Assembly (NCBI RefSeq): GCF_963921235.1
Contig: NC_086108.1
Span: 47,370,001 to 47,434,000, forward strand
DNA: 64,000 nucleotides
Source: Mobula hypostoma
Taxonomy: Eukaryota
Direction: 5' to 3'
Positions 12,721 through 25,695 of the stretch are shown in pieces. The translations under genes were made by a program, and so were the position numbers. A model generated the notes under the pieces. It saw only the letters and a list, made by a program, of their open reading frames with translations, searched no databases and was not told where the DNA came from. How positions within the stretch are numbered: position 1 is the first letter of the stretch; every line of letters starts with the position of its first letter.

Positions 12721-13380
12721 CTAGATGATTGGACTGAAATGTTGGTTTCACTTTGCCAAGTGGAATAACTAAGGTAACAATACTGGGAGGACCTTGGGAG
12801 CTGAAAGGATATATGTGCAGGAGATTGGGGCAACCATGAGGCATGGGCTGGTTTCAGCACTAAATTTTTGCTTGCCCTTCCACAGATGGTGTCTGACTAG
12901 CTGAATATTCCAAATATTTCCTGTTTTTATTTCAGACCATCAGCACACACAGTAGGATGTTTATGGAGATGATTCCTTGAGCTCTGCTGCAGTCGGGATG
13001 GACCATACCCATAGGGAATGTGGCTCAGAGTTCAGAATGATCCACATGCCCTCGGAATGTATGTCACTGAAGTTCATAAGATGACACTTCCAATGCTGAA
13101 GTATATACAGTATCTTATACTATATATAAAGTATATATAGTATCTCATACCATACCTTCCGACGCAGTAGTTGGGGCTGGACCTCTCCACCTTGCTCTAT
13201 CTCATGCCGAATGTGATTGAAAAAGGTCACAGGGTATTGCCGCTGATAATGAGGGCTGAAATTCTTAAGTTCTGCTTCAGCCTTGCCTAAAAATAGAACA
13301 GGAAAATAATAGTAAATTGGAACACAGAAACAAAACCAGAGGCTTGCATGAATCATGATGGAATCCACCAGGTTAGATAG

Positions 13381-14140
13381 TAATAATAACTTTATTTACA
13401 GTATTTAGCACCTTTTGTAGAATAAGATGCACGCTCAAAGTGCTTTACATAGATTGTAAAATTAAATCAATATAGTCATAAAAATATGTGACAAAATTTA
13501 AAACATAAGTAAAAATGAATATTATATAGAATAAAATGTAATAAAATATATCAAATTATACAAATATAATCAACATCAACAGGCATTAAGTAATCCTAAA
13601 AGCAAGCCAAATTTTTAAAAAGCAGGCTTTTAGAAGAGCTTTGAAACATTCCACAGTACTAGCCTGGCGTATCTCAGTCAGTAGAGTAATCCTGATTTTT
13701 GGTGCTTAAGAGTAGAAGTCCACATTACCAGTTCTTATATGCTTGGCTCTACGAACACTAAGCAAATCATTTTCTCAGATATAAGATTATGAACAGGGAT
13801 GTAAGGGGATAGACATTTCAAAATATACAGAAGAGCTAGATTATTCAGAGCTTTGTATACAATTAAAAGCATTTTAAAATTGATTCTAAAGGACACAGAC
13901 CCAGTGTAATGATGCAAAGCTTGTGAAGTGTGCTCAGATTTCATGATTTTTTTTTGGATGAGGGTTCTTCAGGCTACATTTTGAACAAGCTGCAACCGAT
14001 TTATATCCTTCTTAGGCAGTCCTGAAAAGGGTGCATTACAGTAGTCTAATCAGATAAAACAAAAGCATGCATCTTGAGATGTTATAAGAAGTCGAACTCT
14101 CGCAATGCTCAATGAGGGGATGCAGTCTGAGTAATATGTA
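13381..14140 (-). mobile_element. L2-clade LINE 3' fragment
   Basis: ORF 13735-13944 SVSFRINFKMLLIVYKALNNLALLYI matches the L2 ORF2 C-terminus; L2-type 3' end (rc of aataataactttattta..caaagtgctttaca). Confidence 0.8.
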
Positions 14141-14809
14141 CGTTAAGCAACACAGTTTCTGTACAATGACTTGATCTAAAACCTGACTGAAACCTGTCAA
14201 GAATAGAACTTTTATTCAAGTAATCACTTAATTGTCGAAAAACTCCTTTCAATAATAACAAAAACATTAAATTCTTACTAATTAAGTGCAGAAGGAAATA
14301 CTAATGCTCTTTGGGCTCCCAGTTGCCTTGTATAATGCTGAAAATAAAGGTACTGGCAGGTGTGGTGTATTTCTCTGCTGCACTCTGCACTGTGAGGGCT
14401 GAGTGAGTAAAAACAGGAAAGAGCAAGTGCACTTCCAGCTGGGCAAGAAGCAAAATAGGCTCACTGGTCCTGTTTGTTAGCTCCTCAAGAAATTCAAACA
14501 TTAGTCATGACAAACTGACATTAACTGTCTTTGATTAATCTGGAGCTCTCTAAATGATGTTAAAACACTATCACTCAGAATTTTTCCAATGATTTGGTCA
14601 CTGTCACTGTCTAATTTTTATTGATTTCCCCTAAGCAAGATGCATTAAGCTAACGTTTACTTTACTCCTTTTTTTTTGTGCTGTTAGAACAGTATTGTGG
14701 ATCACCCTAAAGCCATTTAGCCAATCCACATTAAATGAAACTCTTTAGAAATAGAGTGAAAGGGACTGCTGAAAAAGGAGAAAAGCAAAAAGATTTATGT
14801 AAGCCTGAT

Positions 14810-15690
14810 AACGTTTATCGTTTGTTGACTACAGCCCCGCCTTCAACACTATCATTCTAAATTAACTCTGGACCCTGGGAGTCAATGCCTTCCTTTGTAA
14901 CTGGATCCTTGATGTCTTGACCAACAGAGTGTACAGATAGTCAACAACACCTCTGCTGATGTTATTCTAAACACTGGTGCTCCATAAGTTTGTATGCTAA
15001 GTCCCCTACTCTACTCCCGGTACACTTGTGACTGCTCGAATTCCATCTACAAGTTTTGAGATACAACTGTATTGGGCCAAATCACAAGTAACGAAGAGTA
15101 GGAGCACATGAAGGAGACAGAGAGCTTAGTAACATGTTTTCATGACAACAACAGTTGCAAAAGGAAGAAGCTTGTTATTGAAAGGGGGAGGAGGCTGTTT
15201 GAGGATGAGAGCTTCAAATATCGGGGAGTGGACATTACCAATAGCTTTTACTGTCTAAACACATTGATACTATGGTCTCGAAAGCTCACCAGCTTCTCTA
15301 CTTCCTCAGGAGACTGAAGAGATTTGGCATGTCCCTGTTGACGCTCACCAATTTCTATCAATGCATCAAAGAAATCATCCTGCCTGTGTGTAAACACAAG
15401 AAACTGCAGAGAATTGTGGACACAGCTTAGCACACCATAGAAACCAGCCTCGCCTCTGTGGGCTCTATCTATGCTTCGGCTGCCTCAGTAAAGCAGCCAA
15501 TAGAGTTGAACCACTCACCCACCCTGGACATCCTCCCTTCTTCCCTCTTCCACTGGGCATAAGATACAAAAGCCTGAAAGAACATACCATCAGTGTCAAG
15601 GACGGCATCTAACCCTCTGTTACGACACTATTAATGGTTTGCTAGCACGATAAGATGGACTCTTGACCTCAGAACCTACCTCATTATGTT
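14810..15690 (+). mobile_element. Rex1/Babar LINE RT remnant
   Basis: ttgactacagc..ttcaacactatc (DYS.AFNTI), tgtaactggatccttga (CNWILD), ggtgctcc..cccctactctactcc (GAP..SPLLYS), ESFKYRGV in ORF 15108-15317. Confidence 0.8.
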
Positions 15691-15699
15691 AGTGATCTT

Positions 15700-18226
15700 G
15701 ATGATGTTTCAGTCCCTTCCCACTTACAACTGCAACACTTCACATGCTCTCGATCTCCTCAACAACTTTCACTTCTCTGGCCCTGACTGCCTCATCTTCA
15801 CTATGGATGTCCGGTCCCTATACACTACTATCCACCATCAAGAAGGCTATAAAGCTCTCCGCTTCATTCTCGCCCACAGAACTGACCAGTTCCCCTCCAT
15901 CACCACACTCCTCCATCTTGTGGACGTGAAACAGTCCACGTTCCAAGCTTTCCCGGGTAATGCTCCCCAACTCTTTCTGCACGACATTGATGACTGCATC
16001 TGTGCTGCTTCATGCGCTCATGCTGTGCTCGTCAATTTCGCCAACTTTCCCTCCAACTTTCACCCTGCCCTTAAATTCACTTGGTCCATTTCTGACACAT
16101 CTCGCCCCTTTCTGGATCTCTCTGTCTTCATCTCTGGAAACATTTCGACTGATATCTTTTATAAAACTGCCAACTCCACAGCTGTCTTGACTAGACCACT
16201 TCCCACCTTATCTCCTATAGAAATCCTATTCCCTTTTCTCAGTTCCTTCTTCCCCACTGCATCTGTTCCCAGGATGAGTCTTTCTTTTCCAGAACATCAG
16301 AGATGGCCTCCTTCTTCAAAGAACGGGGTTTCCTCTTTTCGACCTTTGATACTGCCCTCACCCGCATCTCTTTCATTTCCCAGACGTCCGTCCTCACCCA
16401 TCATCCCGCCATCTTAACAGGGATAGAGTTCCTCTTGTCCTCACCTACCTCCCCCTTGAGCCTCTGCATCCAACACATCGTTCTCTACAATATCCATTAC
16501 TTCCAGCTGGATCCTACCACAAAACACATCTTAACCTCCCCCCAACTCTCCACTTTCCACAGGGAATATTCTGTCTATGATCCCCTGTCCACTTGTCCCT
16601 CCCCACTAATCTCTCCTCTTGCAAGTCGAAGTGCCACACCTGCCCATTCACCTCCTCCCTCACCACCACTCAGGGCTCCAAACAGTCCTTCCAGATGAGG
16701 AAACACTTCACCTGTGAATTTGTTGGTGCCGTCTACTGTAAGCGGAGCTCCCGATGCGGTCTCCTTTACATTGGTGAGAGCACTTTGTTGAGCACCTTCG
16801 CCCATTCACAAAAAGCAGAATTTCCCAGTGGCCAACCACTTTAATTCCAATCCCCATCCCCACATCAGTCCAAGGCCTCCTTTACTGCCATGATGAGACC
16901 ACTCTCATGTTGGAGGAACAACACCTCATGTTCCATCTGGTAGCCTCCAACCTGCTGGCACGAACACCGATTTCACTAAGTTCCAGTAATTTTTTGCCCT
17001 TCCCCTTCCCTCTTCTTCCATTGCCCATTCTGCCTCTGCTCTTAGCTCTCATCTACTCACCTGCTTACCACCTCTCTTGCAGCCTCTCCTCCTTCCCTTT
17101 CTCCCGTGGTCCACTCTCCTCTCCTATCAGATTCCTTCTTTCCCAATACTTTCTCTTTTCCACTATCACCTCCCAGCTTCTCGCATGATCCCCTTCCCCA
17201 CCCACCTAACTTCACCTATCACCTTCGAGCTGTACCCCTTCCCCTCACCTCCCCCACCTTCTTATTCTCGCTTCCCCACCCCCTCCTTCCTTTCCAGTCC
17301 TGATGAAAGGTATTGGCCTGCAATGTCAGCTGTTTATTTATTCTCATAGATGCTGCCTGAACTGTTGAGTTCCTCCATCATTGTCAAGTTCAAATTTAAT
17401 TATCATTTAACCATATATGAATACAGCCAAATAAAACAACGCTTCTCCAGGGCTAAAGTGCAAAACATAGTACCAACTATCCTACACAGCACAAGGTACA
17501 TGTACGATTACATTAAACATACAGTCGCACACAAAAAAATATATACTGTATATAGTCCAAGAGCCTGAGTGACATGCCCTGTAAGTTGAAGGTGCATCAG
17601 TATTATCAGCAAGACCAAGCAGTTCTCAGCAGTCTGTAGATGATCATATGCACACATGCATGCAGTCCACCTTGCCTTCCACTGAGCAAACATTGGCGAG
17701 CAGCACCAACCCAGCATGGACACCACGCGACACCACCTCTGGCATCTCTCCTCTTAGACTGCTGCAGCAGGCAAGCTCATAGCTTGAGGCTTAATCCTTG
17801 CTCCAACCAAGGCCACACAGCTCTGCCGCTGCCTGTCTCACCAATAAATAAGGGAAGCAGACTTGTGGTATTCTCCATTACCAATGCTCAACAGGGTCTT
17901 GCGCAATCACAAGAGAAACATCCAAGACAATCACTTGCTGTTAGACTGCACACCGCCTTCATGCACCAACTCCAATGCCTTCCTGCAGCAGGCAGTAACA
18001 CAGTCTACCTCGAGCCCAGCTACTCCAGCTCCTCCACCAGAGGTAGACCTGCAGTACTTGAAGACCTTAATGTCCAGCATGCCTTGCGACCGTTAAAAAA
18101 AAAGACACTTAAAAAAGACATAAACACATTTTGTTGACCCGAGAAGCTGTTGCATCCGAACATGCTGCCATCTTACATTTTGTGTGTGTCGCTCTGGATT
18201 TCCAGCATCTGCAGAATCTTGTGTTT
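15700..18226 (+). mobile_element. Penelope-like element, degenerate; pLTR split by the 17383-18174 insertion
   Basis: ORF 15686-16417 IFTMDVRSLYT..HDIDDCI..PFLDL; ORF 16593-16844 CHTCPF..VYCKR..LYIGE; decayed hammerhead 17295-17332; pLTR resumes at 18176 (cattttgtgtgtgtcgctctggatttccagcatctgcag). Confidence 0.9.
17383..18174 (-). mobile_element. Non-autonomous Rex1-like retroelement
   Basis: Minus strand starts aagatggcagcatg (AAGATGGC-type 5' end) and ends in a Rex-like tail (rc of gtcaagttcaaatttaattatcatt); no RT ORF; cleanly interrupts the pLTR. Confidence 0.5.
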
Positions 18227-18944
18227 ATGAAGATTCTGCAGATGCTGGAAATCCAGAGCGACCTTGTTGCTTACCTACACCGCACTTCCTCTGTAGGCTT
18301 TACACTTTATTGTACACACCTCGATGCACCGTGTAAAGAACCGATCTGTAAGAACCGTTTGCAAGGTCAGCTTTTCACTGCATCTCGGTATGCGAGAAAG
18401 TAATAAATCAATTCCAATTCTAATAAAGTTCAAGATCTTCAGTTCTGAGTTTCACACAGCAGTGGTGTGTGGTTTCCGTGCCCCGTCTCAGAGCATAAGT
18501 TTCAGGACTGTGCGTTCTATTGCCAGTCTTGCATCTGCTTCTATTTGGCATTGAAGACGGGATCTCTGCTTCCAGCTCTTCCTGCAGCAGGAGAACATCA
18601 CTGCCCTGAGGGAAAGGATGAGGAAGAAAACTCCCAGTAGATCAGGGGGAGTAGGTGGTTGAAGAGCAGCATCTGTCAGAGGAACATTCTTTGTGTATGG
18701 CCCACAGAGATCCATTAGGCAAACAGCCTCTGTGAAGACATGAGCTCAGTCCCTTAATGCCTGTGCTTTGGGGGAGCCCACAAGGCAGGCAGATGTGCAT
18801 GGTGTTCTGCCAGCTCCTGTAGGCTGAAGCCTTCCCTCCATGAGTGAAGAGTTTTGGATAGGATCCCTGATTTGGCAGTGAGCAGCAAACTGTGAGATGC
18901 TGCAGAGGTCCACAGCAGCAGCCTGGAGTGATCATGAATTTAGG

Positions 18945-19470
18945 AAGCAACACACACAAAATGCTGGAGGAGCTCAGCAGGCCAGGCAGCATCTAGGAAA
19001 AGAGTCAACTGTTGATGTCTTAAGCTGAGTCCCTTCATCAGCATTGGAAAAAAAAGATGATAAGTCAGGTAAGAAGGTGAGGGGAGGGGAGGAATAAGCA
19101 CAAGGTGGTAGGTGATTGGTGAAAACAGGAGAGGTGGAGGGGGTGAAGTAAAAAGCTGGGAAGTTGATTGGTAAAAGAGATAAAGGGCTGGAGAAGGGGG
19201 AATCTGATAGGAGAGAGTAGAATGTCATAGAAGACAGAGAAGAGGGAGCAGCACCAGAGGGAAGTGATGAGCTGGTAAGGAGATAAGGTGAGAGAGGGAA
19301 ACAGGAATGGGGAATGATGAAGTGTGTGTGTGTGTGGGGGGGGGGGGAGTACAATTACCAGAAGTTTGAGAAATCAATGCCATCAGGTTGGAGGCTCCCC
19401 AGATGAAATATAAGATGTTGCTCCTCCAACCTGAGTATGGCCTCATTGCAACAGTAGAAGGCCATGGATT
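18945..19470 (-). mobile_element. PLE 3' fragment (endonuclease end, pyrimidine-rich UTR, pLTR)
   Basis: rc encodes RLEEQHLIFHLGSLQP-like end; pLTR gcaacacacacaaaatgctggagg; decayed hammerhead 19010-19046. Confidence 0.88.
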
Positions 19471-22039
19471 GAATTTAGGAAGCCAAGTACAACTGGGACC
19501 CTGATCTCCACAGACAGAGCAGTCAAACCACACATGAAATAAAACAGAAAACAATGAAAATGCTTAATAGATCATGCAGCATCAATGGAGAGAAATTGCA
19601 TTTCTATGTTTTGCTTTAAACTTCAGATTCCCAGCGCCTGCAGTTGTAAAAAATTTTGAAACCACACAAGATTATGTTTGATGTCTATGGTAGGGACAGA
19701 TTTCATTGAGGGGAAAGAATACAGTCTGACTTTAGCCCTGTAACCAGCAAGGGAAAACAGGGTTAGTAAAACTGAATGATTTTTCAAGAAAGCAAGAACT
19801 GCGTTTTCAGTCCAGTGAGGTTAAAAATTACTCTGGAGGTGAACTTTGAGTGTAGCACCATTGCTGACCTCATTTCAAGGAACTTTACTTTGGAGTGAAA
19901 ATGATGAGACAATGAAAAATTCCACCATAAAATCAGGACTCAAATTTCCCAATGAGAATGAACATTCCTAGAAAAATAGGCACAAAATTTTTGCACTCTG
20001 GGTTAAGCCGTAATCCCAATGCACCGCAAATGCTTTTTCAGAGTCGGCAAAAAGAATTTCAAGGCAATTATATTTAAGAGTGATTTCATTCAAGCTGTTG
20101 CCTATAGTGGCTCGAGGTCAGCTTTCAAAGAAAATTAATAATCAAGCCCTCAAGAGATGGTTTTGTAATTGGGACCTGCATTAGGGAAAATAATTACTTA
20201 GTGTTGGTGGTACAGGATTAATTTGGCCAGCCTTCATGTAGTTCCCCAAGGACCATGGTCCACAGCAACAAAATAGTCCTTAGGTCAGCATTTTGCGTTT
20301 GGAATCCTGCAGACAGATGCTGTGGGTAATGAATATTCCATACCTCTGCAGAAATAAGTCTGGCAAATCCATTTTCATAATCTTGAAGCTCCACCTTCAT
20401 TCTCATGTGTAATGTTTTTATAATTTTGAAGGCAAGGCAAAAGGGTTGAGGTAATGTTTAATAAACCATTTGTCAGTACAGGAAGCTGAAGTTTTGTGAT
20501 CATTTCACTGGATGCTGCCTGTGCAGGAAAATGCCCAGGAAATCCTTGTTTCTGCAAAACTCATTACTGAGAGCCTTTGTCTGTCTGCCTTCCCTTCACT
20601 CTCTCATTGCCCTAATCTGAGTTCCAGAGTTCATTCAATCATTAGCAATTCCAGTGGTGGGTTGTTGTGGGGTGTGCTGTTGAAGAGGGGAATCGAGATT
20701 TCTCCATATGCAATTCAATTGCTTGCCAACATAAACTGTCAGACATCTGATCATTCATCATCCCTACCTTTCCCATGTTCACTTCGCCAATTCACCTCTT
20801 GTCCATTCCACTCATTTGTATTTTCCCCATCTTCATTGTTCCACACCAACATATACACAGATGCACACATGCATCTCCACAGACAAATAAATAGATCATT
20901 TTTAATGTACTTGTCTTAAATAATTAGTGGTGAATTCATAGCAGAGAAAATACAGCATTTCCCCTGAAACTTGCAGCCAAATACTTGAATGTTGAGACCA
21001 GAGTCCTGTCAGCACAGGCAAGTTGCTGATAAGATTTCTTTGGGTGTCGGGGAGGATCGAAGATCAGCAAGAGGACAATTATCAAATTATCACTGTATAC
21101 TCTTCTCTGATGATGGAAGCAGCTGTGGACAAGAAGATTCAACAAGAAGCACAAAACTTGCATATACAAATGTTTGTATATATATCTATCACAGTTAAGG
21201 TTGAATACCACTTCCCAAAAGTGGTTACTAAACAATTTTTGCCCCTGAGCCATGTGTAGATGGAGGGGAGGTCACCTTGCTCAAAACTGAACATAAATTT
21301 CACATTAAGGTAATTGTTTTGCATTTTATTTTGTGGACTGCCCAAAACAACATCTAATGACACTATCAATCTGGCTCACGTAGGTTAAATGCGAAACTAT
21401 AAACCAAGACTGAACTGATAGTGCTAGCAGCTGACAATTGCCTGGAGAAGCACCCAGTCCAGCTAAAAGCTGGCACTTGAACAAATATTTTTCAGTCAGG
21501 AAATTATAAACTTCCTAACTGCTCCAAGGGAAGAACTGCTCCAATACTATCAATAGCACCAGATAAACCCGAGTTGTCAATATTTTAAACTTTATGGTGA
21601 AAAGCACTATGCTCCTAATTTTACATGGTTAAAAAGGTTTTGAGATCTTACGTAGTCATCTAGCAGGTTGTTTTTAACATTCTGGAAGTCAGGAGCACCT
21701 GTGCACATATGGAAGTAAACCTAAAGGTGAATTTACAAAACCAAGAAAGGTGGAATTACCTACACTGTCCAAACTGTTTACATTTACAATCACCACTCTC
21801 AGGTGATTTGTGTTCTCCTTTTGAATCTGGGTGACGAATACAGTATGAGTCCTTGTTGTACATCAATTTCCAGAATTAATGTCACAAACTTACAGAATAT
21901 GCAGATACAGTGTCTCCTCCCTAATAACATCAAGTCTGAGCATCACCCAGTATCAAAGTATGAACTGAAGCAATATGAACGATACTACTAAAACAGACAA
22001 TTAGTATTGCATGGTGACAAAAACTACGTGTCTCATTAC

Positions 22040-23050
22040 ACAATTAACTCATTTGCTATCCCCAACTCCTTCACTCCAGCAAAGGTGCACCATTTGTCCC
22101 TCACCTCCTCTCTCGCCACCATCCGAGGACTTTAACAGCTGTTTCAGGAGAGGTACAGATTTACAAGCACCTCCTCCAACCTGGTCTTTGGTGCTGTCAA
22201 TGTGGCCTCCATCAGCAAAACAAAGCGTAGACTAGACAACTGTTTTCAGAGCACCTGCATTCTCTCTGCAAAAGCCATCTGATTGCACGTCCTTTCAATT
22301 CCACTTTACATTCCCACATTGGCCCGTCCATCCCTTGGACTTCTTCACTGCCATGGTGATGCGAAATGCAAACTTAATAAACAACTTATGTTCTGCTTGT
22401 GTACCCTACAGCCAATGTTATAGATGTCAAATTTTCTAATTTCTGGTAATTGACCAGTTCACCCAGGTTCACTCTCCCTACGTTCATCTTTTCTATCCCT
22501 CCACCTCCTCCCCCATTAGCAAGACTCATTAGCTTTCCCATCTTGGTATCGTCTGCCCATCATTCACATGACTCTCCACTTGGGTTTCTTCTCCCTTAGT
22601 TCACTGTTTCTATCTCTTCCTCTCCAAAGTGGAAAACATAGAATAGAATAAGACATAGGATAGAAAACATCATCTTCTATTTACCCATCATCCCTCCCTC
22701 CTAGCCTCTATTTCCAACACACACCTCCTCTTCGTACATGGTTACATTTGTAGAACGTCTCCTCTCCCTTATCAATTTCCATCCATCACTGACCAACCTC
22801 TGCTTAACACCTGCCCTACCCTTCCCACATCTGCTTATCACTCTCCCAGCCCAATCCTGTTCCACTTATCAGCTAACAGTCTCTGTGTCACCAGACCTCA
22901 TTTCTATTTATTGACCATCTGCCCTCTACACTCGCTATCCTGGATGCAAGGTGTCAACCTGAAACATCAACCATCGCTTTGCCTCCACTGAGGCTACCTG
23001 ACCCACTAAGTTCTTCCAGCAGTCTATTTTATGATCCATTTCCCAGTTTT
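22040..23050 (+). mobile_element. Old PLE 3' fragment
   Basis: Decayed GIY-YIG region, pyrimidine-rich UTR and pLTR remnant ctggatgcaagggtgtcaacctgaaacatc. Confidence 0.65.
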
Positions 23051-24065
23051 GAGTTACATAGTATATCAGGGGATTTCTCTTGTAATTTTCATTCTTGTAC
23101 AAGTCCCAGTAGAAATTATGCGTAGGCTGGTATTAGAATGAATGCACATACAGCTATGAATAAAAGTTCAAGGGTAGAGATGGCTAGCTGGCTATCTCCA
23201 GTCTTGGCAATAAGGCTCCAGCAGATGGAAAATATTAGCTCCTCCACTATTCACTGCAGACTGGTTTCTTGTAGAAGATGTACTAGGAGTGTGGTGGAAT
23301 GTGCCATCAGTGGACCTCAAGGCGACATCACTCAGGATGCAGTGCAAGAAGGTGTTATGGAGTGGGTTGCAGTCTCTCGTATACACTGCTGCTGCTATCA
23401 TGAAATAATAATGCTTAGTATCTAAGACTGAGAGGTGTGTGCGTGTATTGGTGTAGTGGGAGGTGTACGAGTGTGGTAGGGAGCATGGTGATTATCTGTG
23501 CATGTGGCCAACATGATAATGCCCCAGATAGTGAGCGGCCTCATACCAGAGCAAGTTTGAGATGATCGATGAGGCAGAGATCAATATGTACACCCCTGAC
23601 GTGCTTCGTATGAGAAGGTTGTAACTGGTGATGGGACAAAGCCAAACCCCAAGTACTGTAAACTGTGTCTGGTAGTTGTAGTGTGCAAGTCATTAGTTTC
23701 ACAATCGAGTTCCTTCAGTTGACATATCTTTGGTGATCTCAGCAGACTGTATATCTGGTTATTTAGAAAGAGTTTAACAAAAGATCATAGATTTCACCCA
23801 AAAGCTGTACAATCATTAGCCAGGTGACTGGTAACAGGAAAACACCATTCTCACCTTAGTGAACTACACATGGAAATGTCAGAGCCAGTTTCCCCAAATG
23901 GTGCAATTTCACTCAGAAATTATCACTAGCACAATCTAAACTGAGCTAAGTTGCTTCTGTGTATATTTTGAGCATGGAGAATAAAAGCCTGCAGATCCAA
24001 TTTCTAACCTATTATTTCAAAACACCTATGAAATTCTCTATCAGATTTTATCTCATTGCTATGTA

Positions 24066-25695
24066 CAATGGTGCTAGAAAGTTTGTGAACCCTGTAGAAT
24101 TTTCTTTTTCTGCATAAATCTGATCAGATCTTCGCGTATCCTAAAACTAGATAAAGATAACCCAATTAAATAAATTACACAAAAACATTATACTTGTTAA
24201 TTTATTTACTAAGAACAATTATCCAATATTACATGTATTTATTGGAAAAAGTGTGTGAGTCTCTGGGGTATTGCCTTCAACAAAAGCTATTTGTAGCCAT
24301 GTGTTCCAATCAATGAGATGAGATTGGAGGTGTGGGTTGTACAGGTGCCCTGCTCTATAAAAAAGACGTACAAGATTGGGTTACTGATAGAGTCTGCTCT
24401 TCTCAAGAAAGGTATCTTCATGTGCACCATGCCTCGATCAAAACAAAGTTCAGAGGACCCTAGAAGAAGAGTTGTAGAGATGCATGAAGCTGGAAAAGGC
24501 TACAAAAGCATTTCAAAAGACCTAAGTGTTCATCAGCCCACAGTAACAGAAATTGTCTACAAATGGAGGAAACTTAGTACCGTTGCTACTCTCCCTAGGA
24601 GTGGGCATCCTGCAAAGATCACACCAAGAGCACAACGTGCAATGCAAAACGAGGTGAAAAAGAACCCAAGGGTAACAGCAAAAGACCTGCAGAAATCTCT
24701 TGAACTTGCTGAAGTCTCTGTTCATGTATCCACTATAAGAAAACCACTGAACAAGAATGGTGTTCGTGGAAGGTCACCACAGAGGAAACCACTGCTCTCC
24801 AAAGAAAAACATTGCTGTAAGTCTCAAGTTAGCAAAAAACACCTGGACATTCCACAATGCTTTTGGGACATGGTTCTATGGACAGATGAGATAAAAGTTG
24901 AACTTTGTGGCAGAAATACACATTGCTATGTTTGGAAGAAAAAGCGTTTTTTTTGTGTGTTATTTATCTAATTGAATTATCTTTATCTAGACACCGACAA
25001 AAAAACCTCGTCCCAACTGTGAAGCATGGTGGAAGGAGCATCATGGTTTGAAGCTGTTTTGCCGCCTCAGGGCCTGGACAGCTTGCAATCGTTGAGGGAA
25101 CAATTAATTCAAAATTGTATCAAGACATTTTACAGGAGAAAGTCAGCATAGCGGTCCATCACCTGAAGCTTAATAGAAGTTGGGAAATGCAGCAAGACAA
25201 TGATCCGAAAGACAAGAGTAAATCAACAACAGAATGGTTTAAAAAGAAGAAAATTCATGTTTGGGAATGGCTGAGTCAAAGTCCTGACCTTCATCCTATA
25301 GAAATGTCTTGGAAGGACCTGAAGGAAGCAGCTCATGCAAAGAAATCCACCAATATCCCAGAGTTGAAGCAGTTTTGTAAGGAGGAAAGGCCTAAAGTTC
25401 CATCAAGCCGATGATCAACAATTATCTGAACATTCAGATGAAGTTATTGCTGTGCAAGGGGGTCACACCAGTTACTGAAAGCAAAGGTTCACATACTTTT
25501 TTCCAACAAATACATGTAATATTGGATCTTCTTTCTCAATAAATAAATGAACAAGTATAATTTTTTTGTGTTATTTATTTAATTGGGGTCTTTTCATCTA
25601 GTTTTAGGACTTATGTAAAGATCTGATCACATTTTAGGTCATATTTATGCAGAAATAGAGACATTTCTACAGGGTTCGCAAACTTCCTACCACTA
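24066..25695 (+). mobile_element. Tc1/mariner DNA transposon (DD34E) with about 200-bp TIRs, non-functional
   Basis: TA at 24064-65 and 25696-97; TIR caatggtgctagaaagtttgtgaaccctgtagaa mirrored by ttctacagggttcgcaaacttcctaccacta; inverted similarity extends about 200 bp. Confidence 0.96.
24429..25478 (+). pseudogene. Tc1 transposase pseudogene (Frog Prince-like by sequence resemblance)
   Basis: MPRSKQ..GKGYKSISK..LPRSGHPAKITPRAQR paired-like domain; WTDE, QQDND and SPDLHPIE with 34 residues between the second D and E; in-frame stops and a 44-bp insertion. Confidence 0.93.

Noticed and set aside
11103..12844. Long ORFs of 299-557 aa on both strands (LSTLHSP / ESGEWRV repeats)
   Set aside because: A stop-free 7-bp repeat gives the same heptapeptide in all frames; no evidence of a gene
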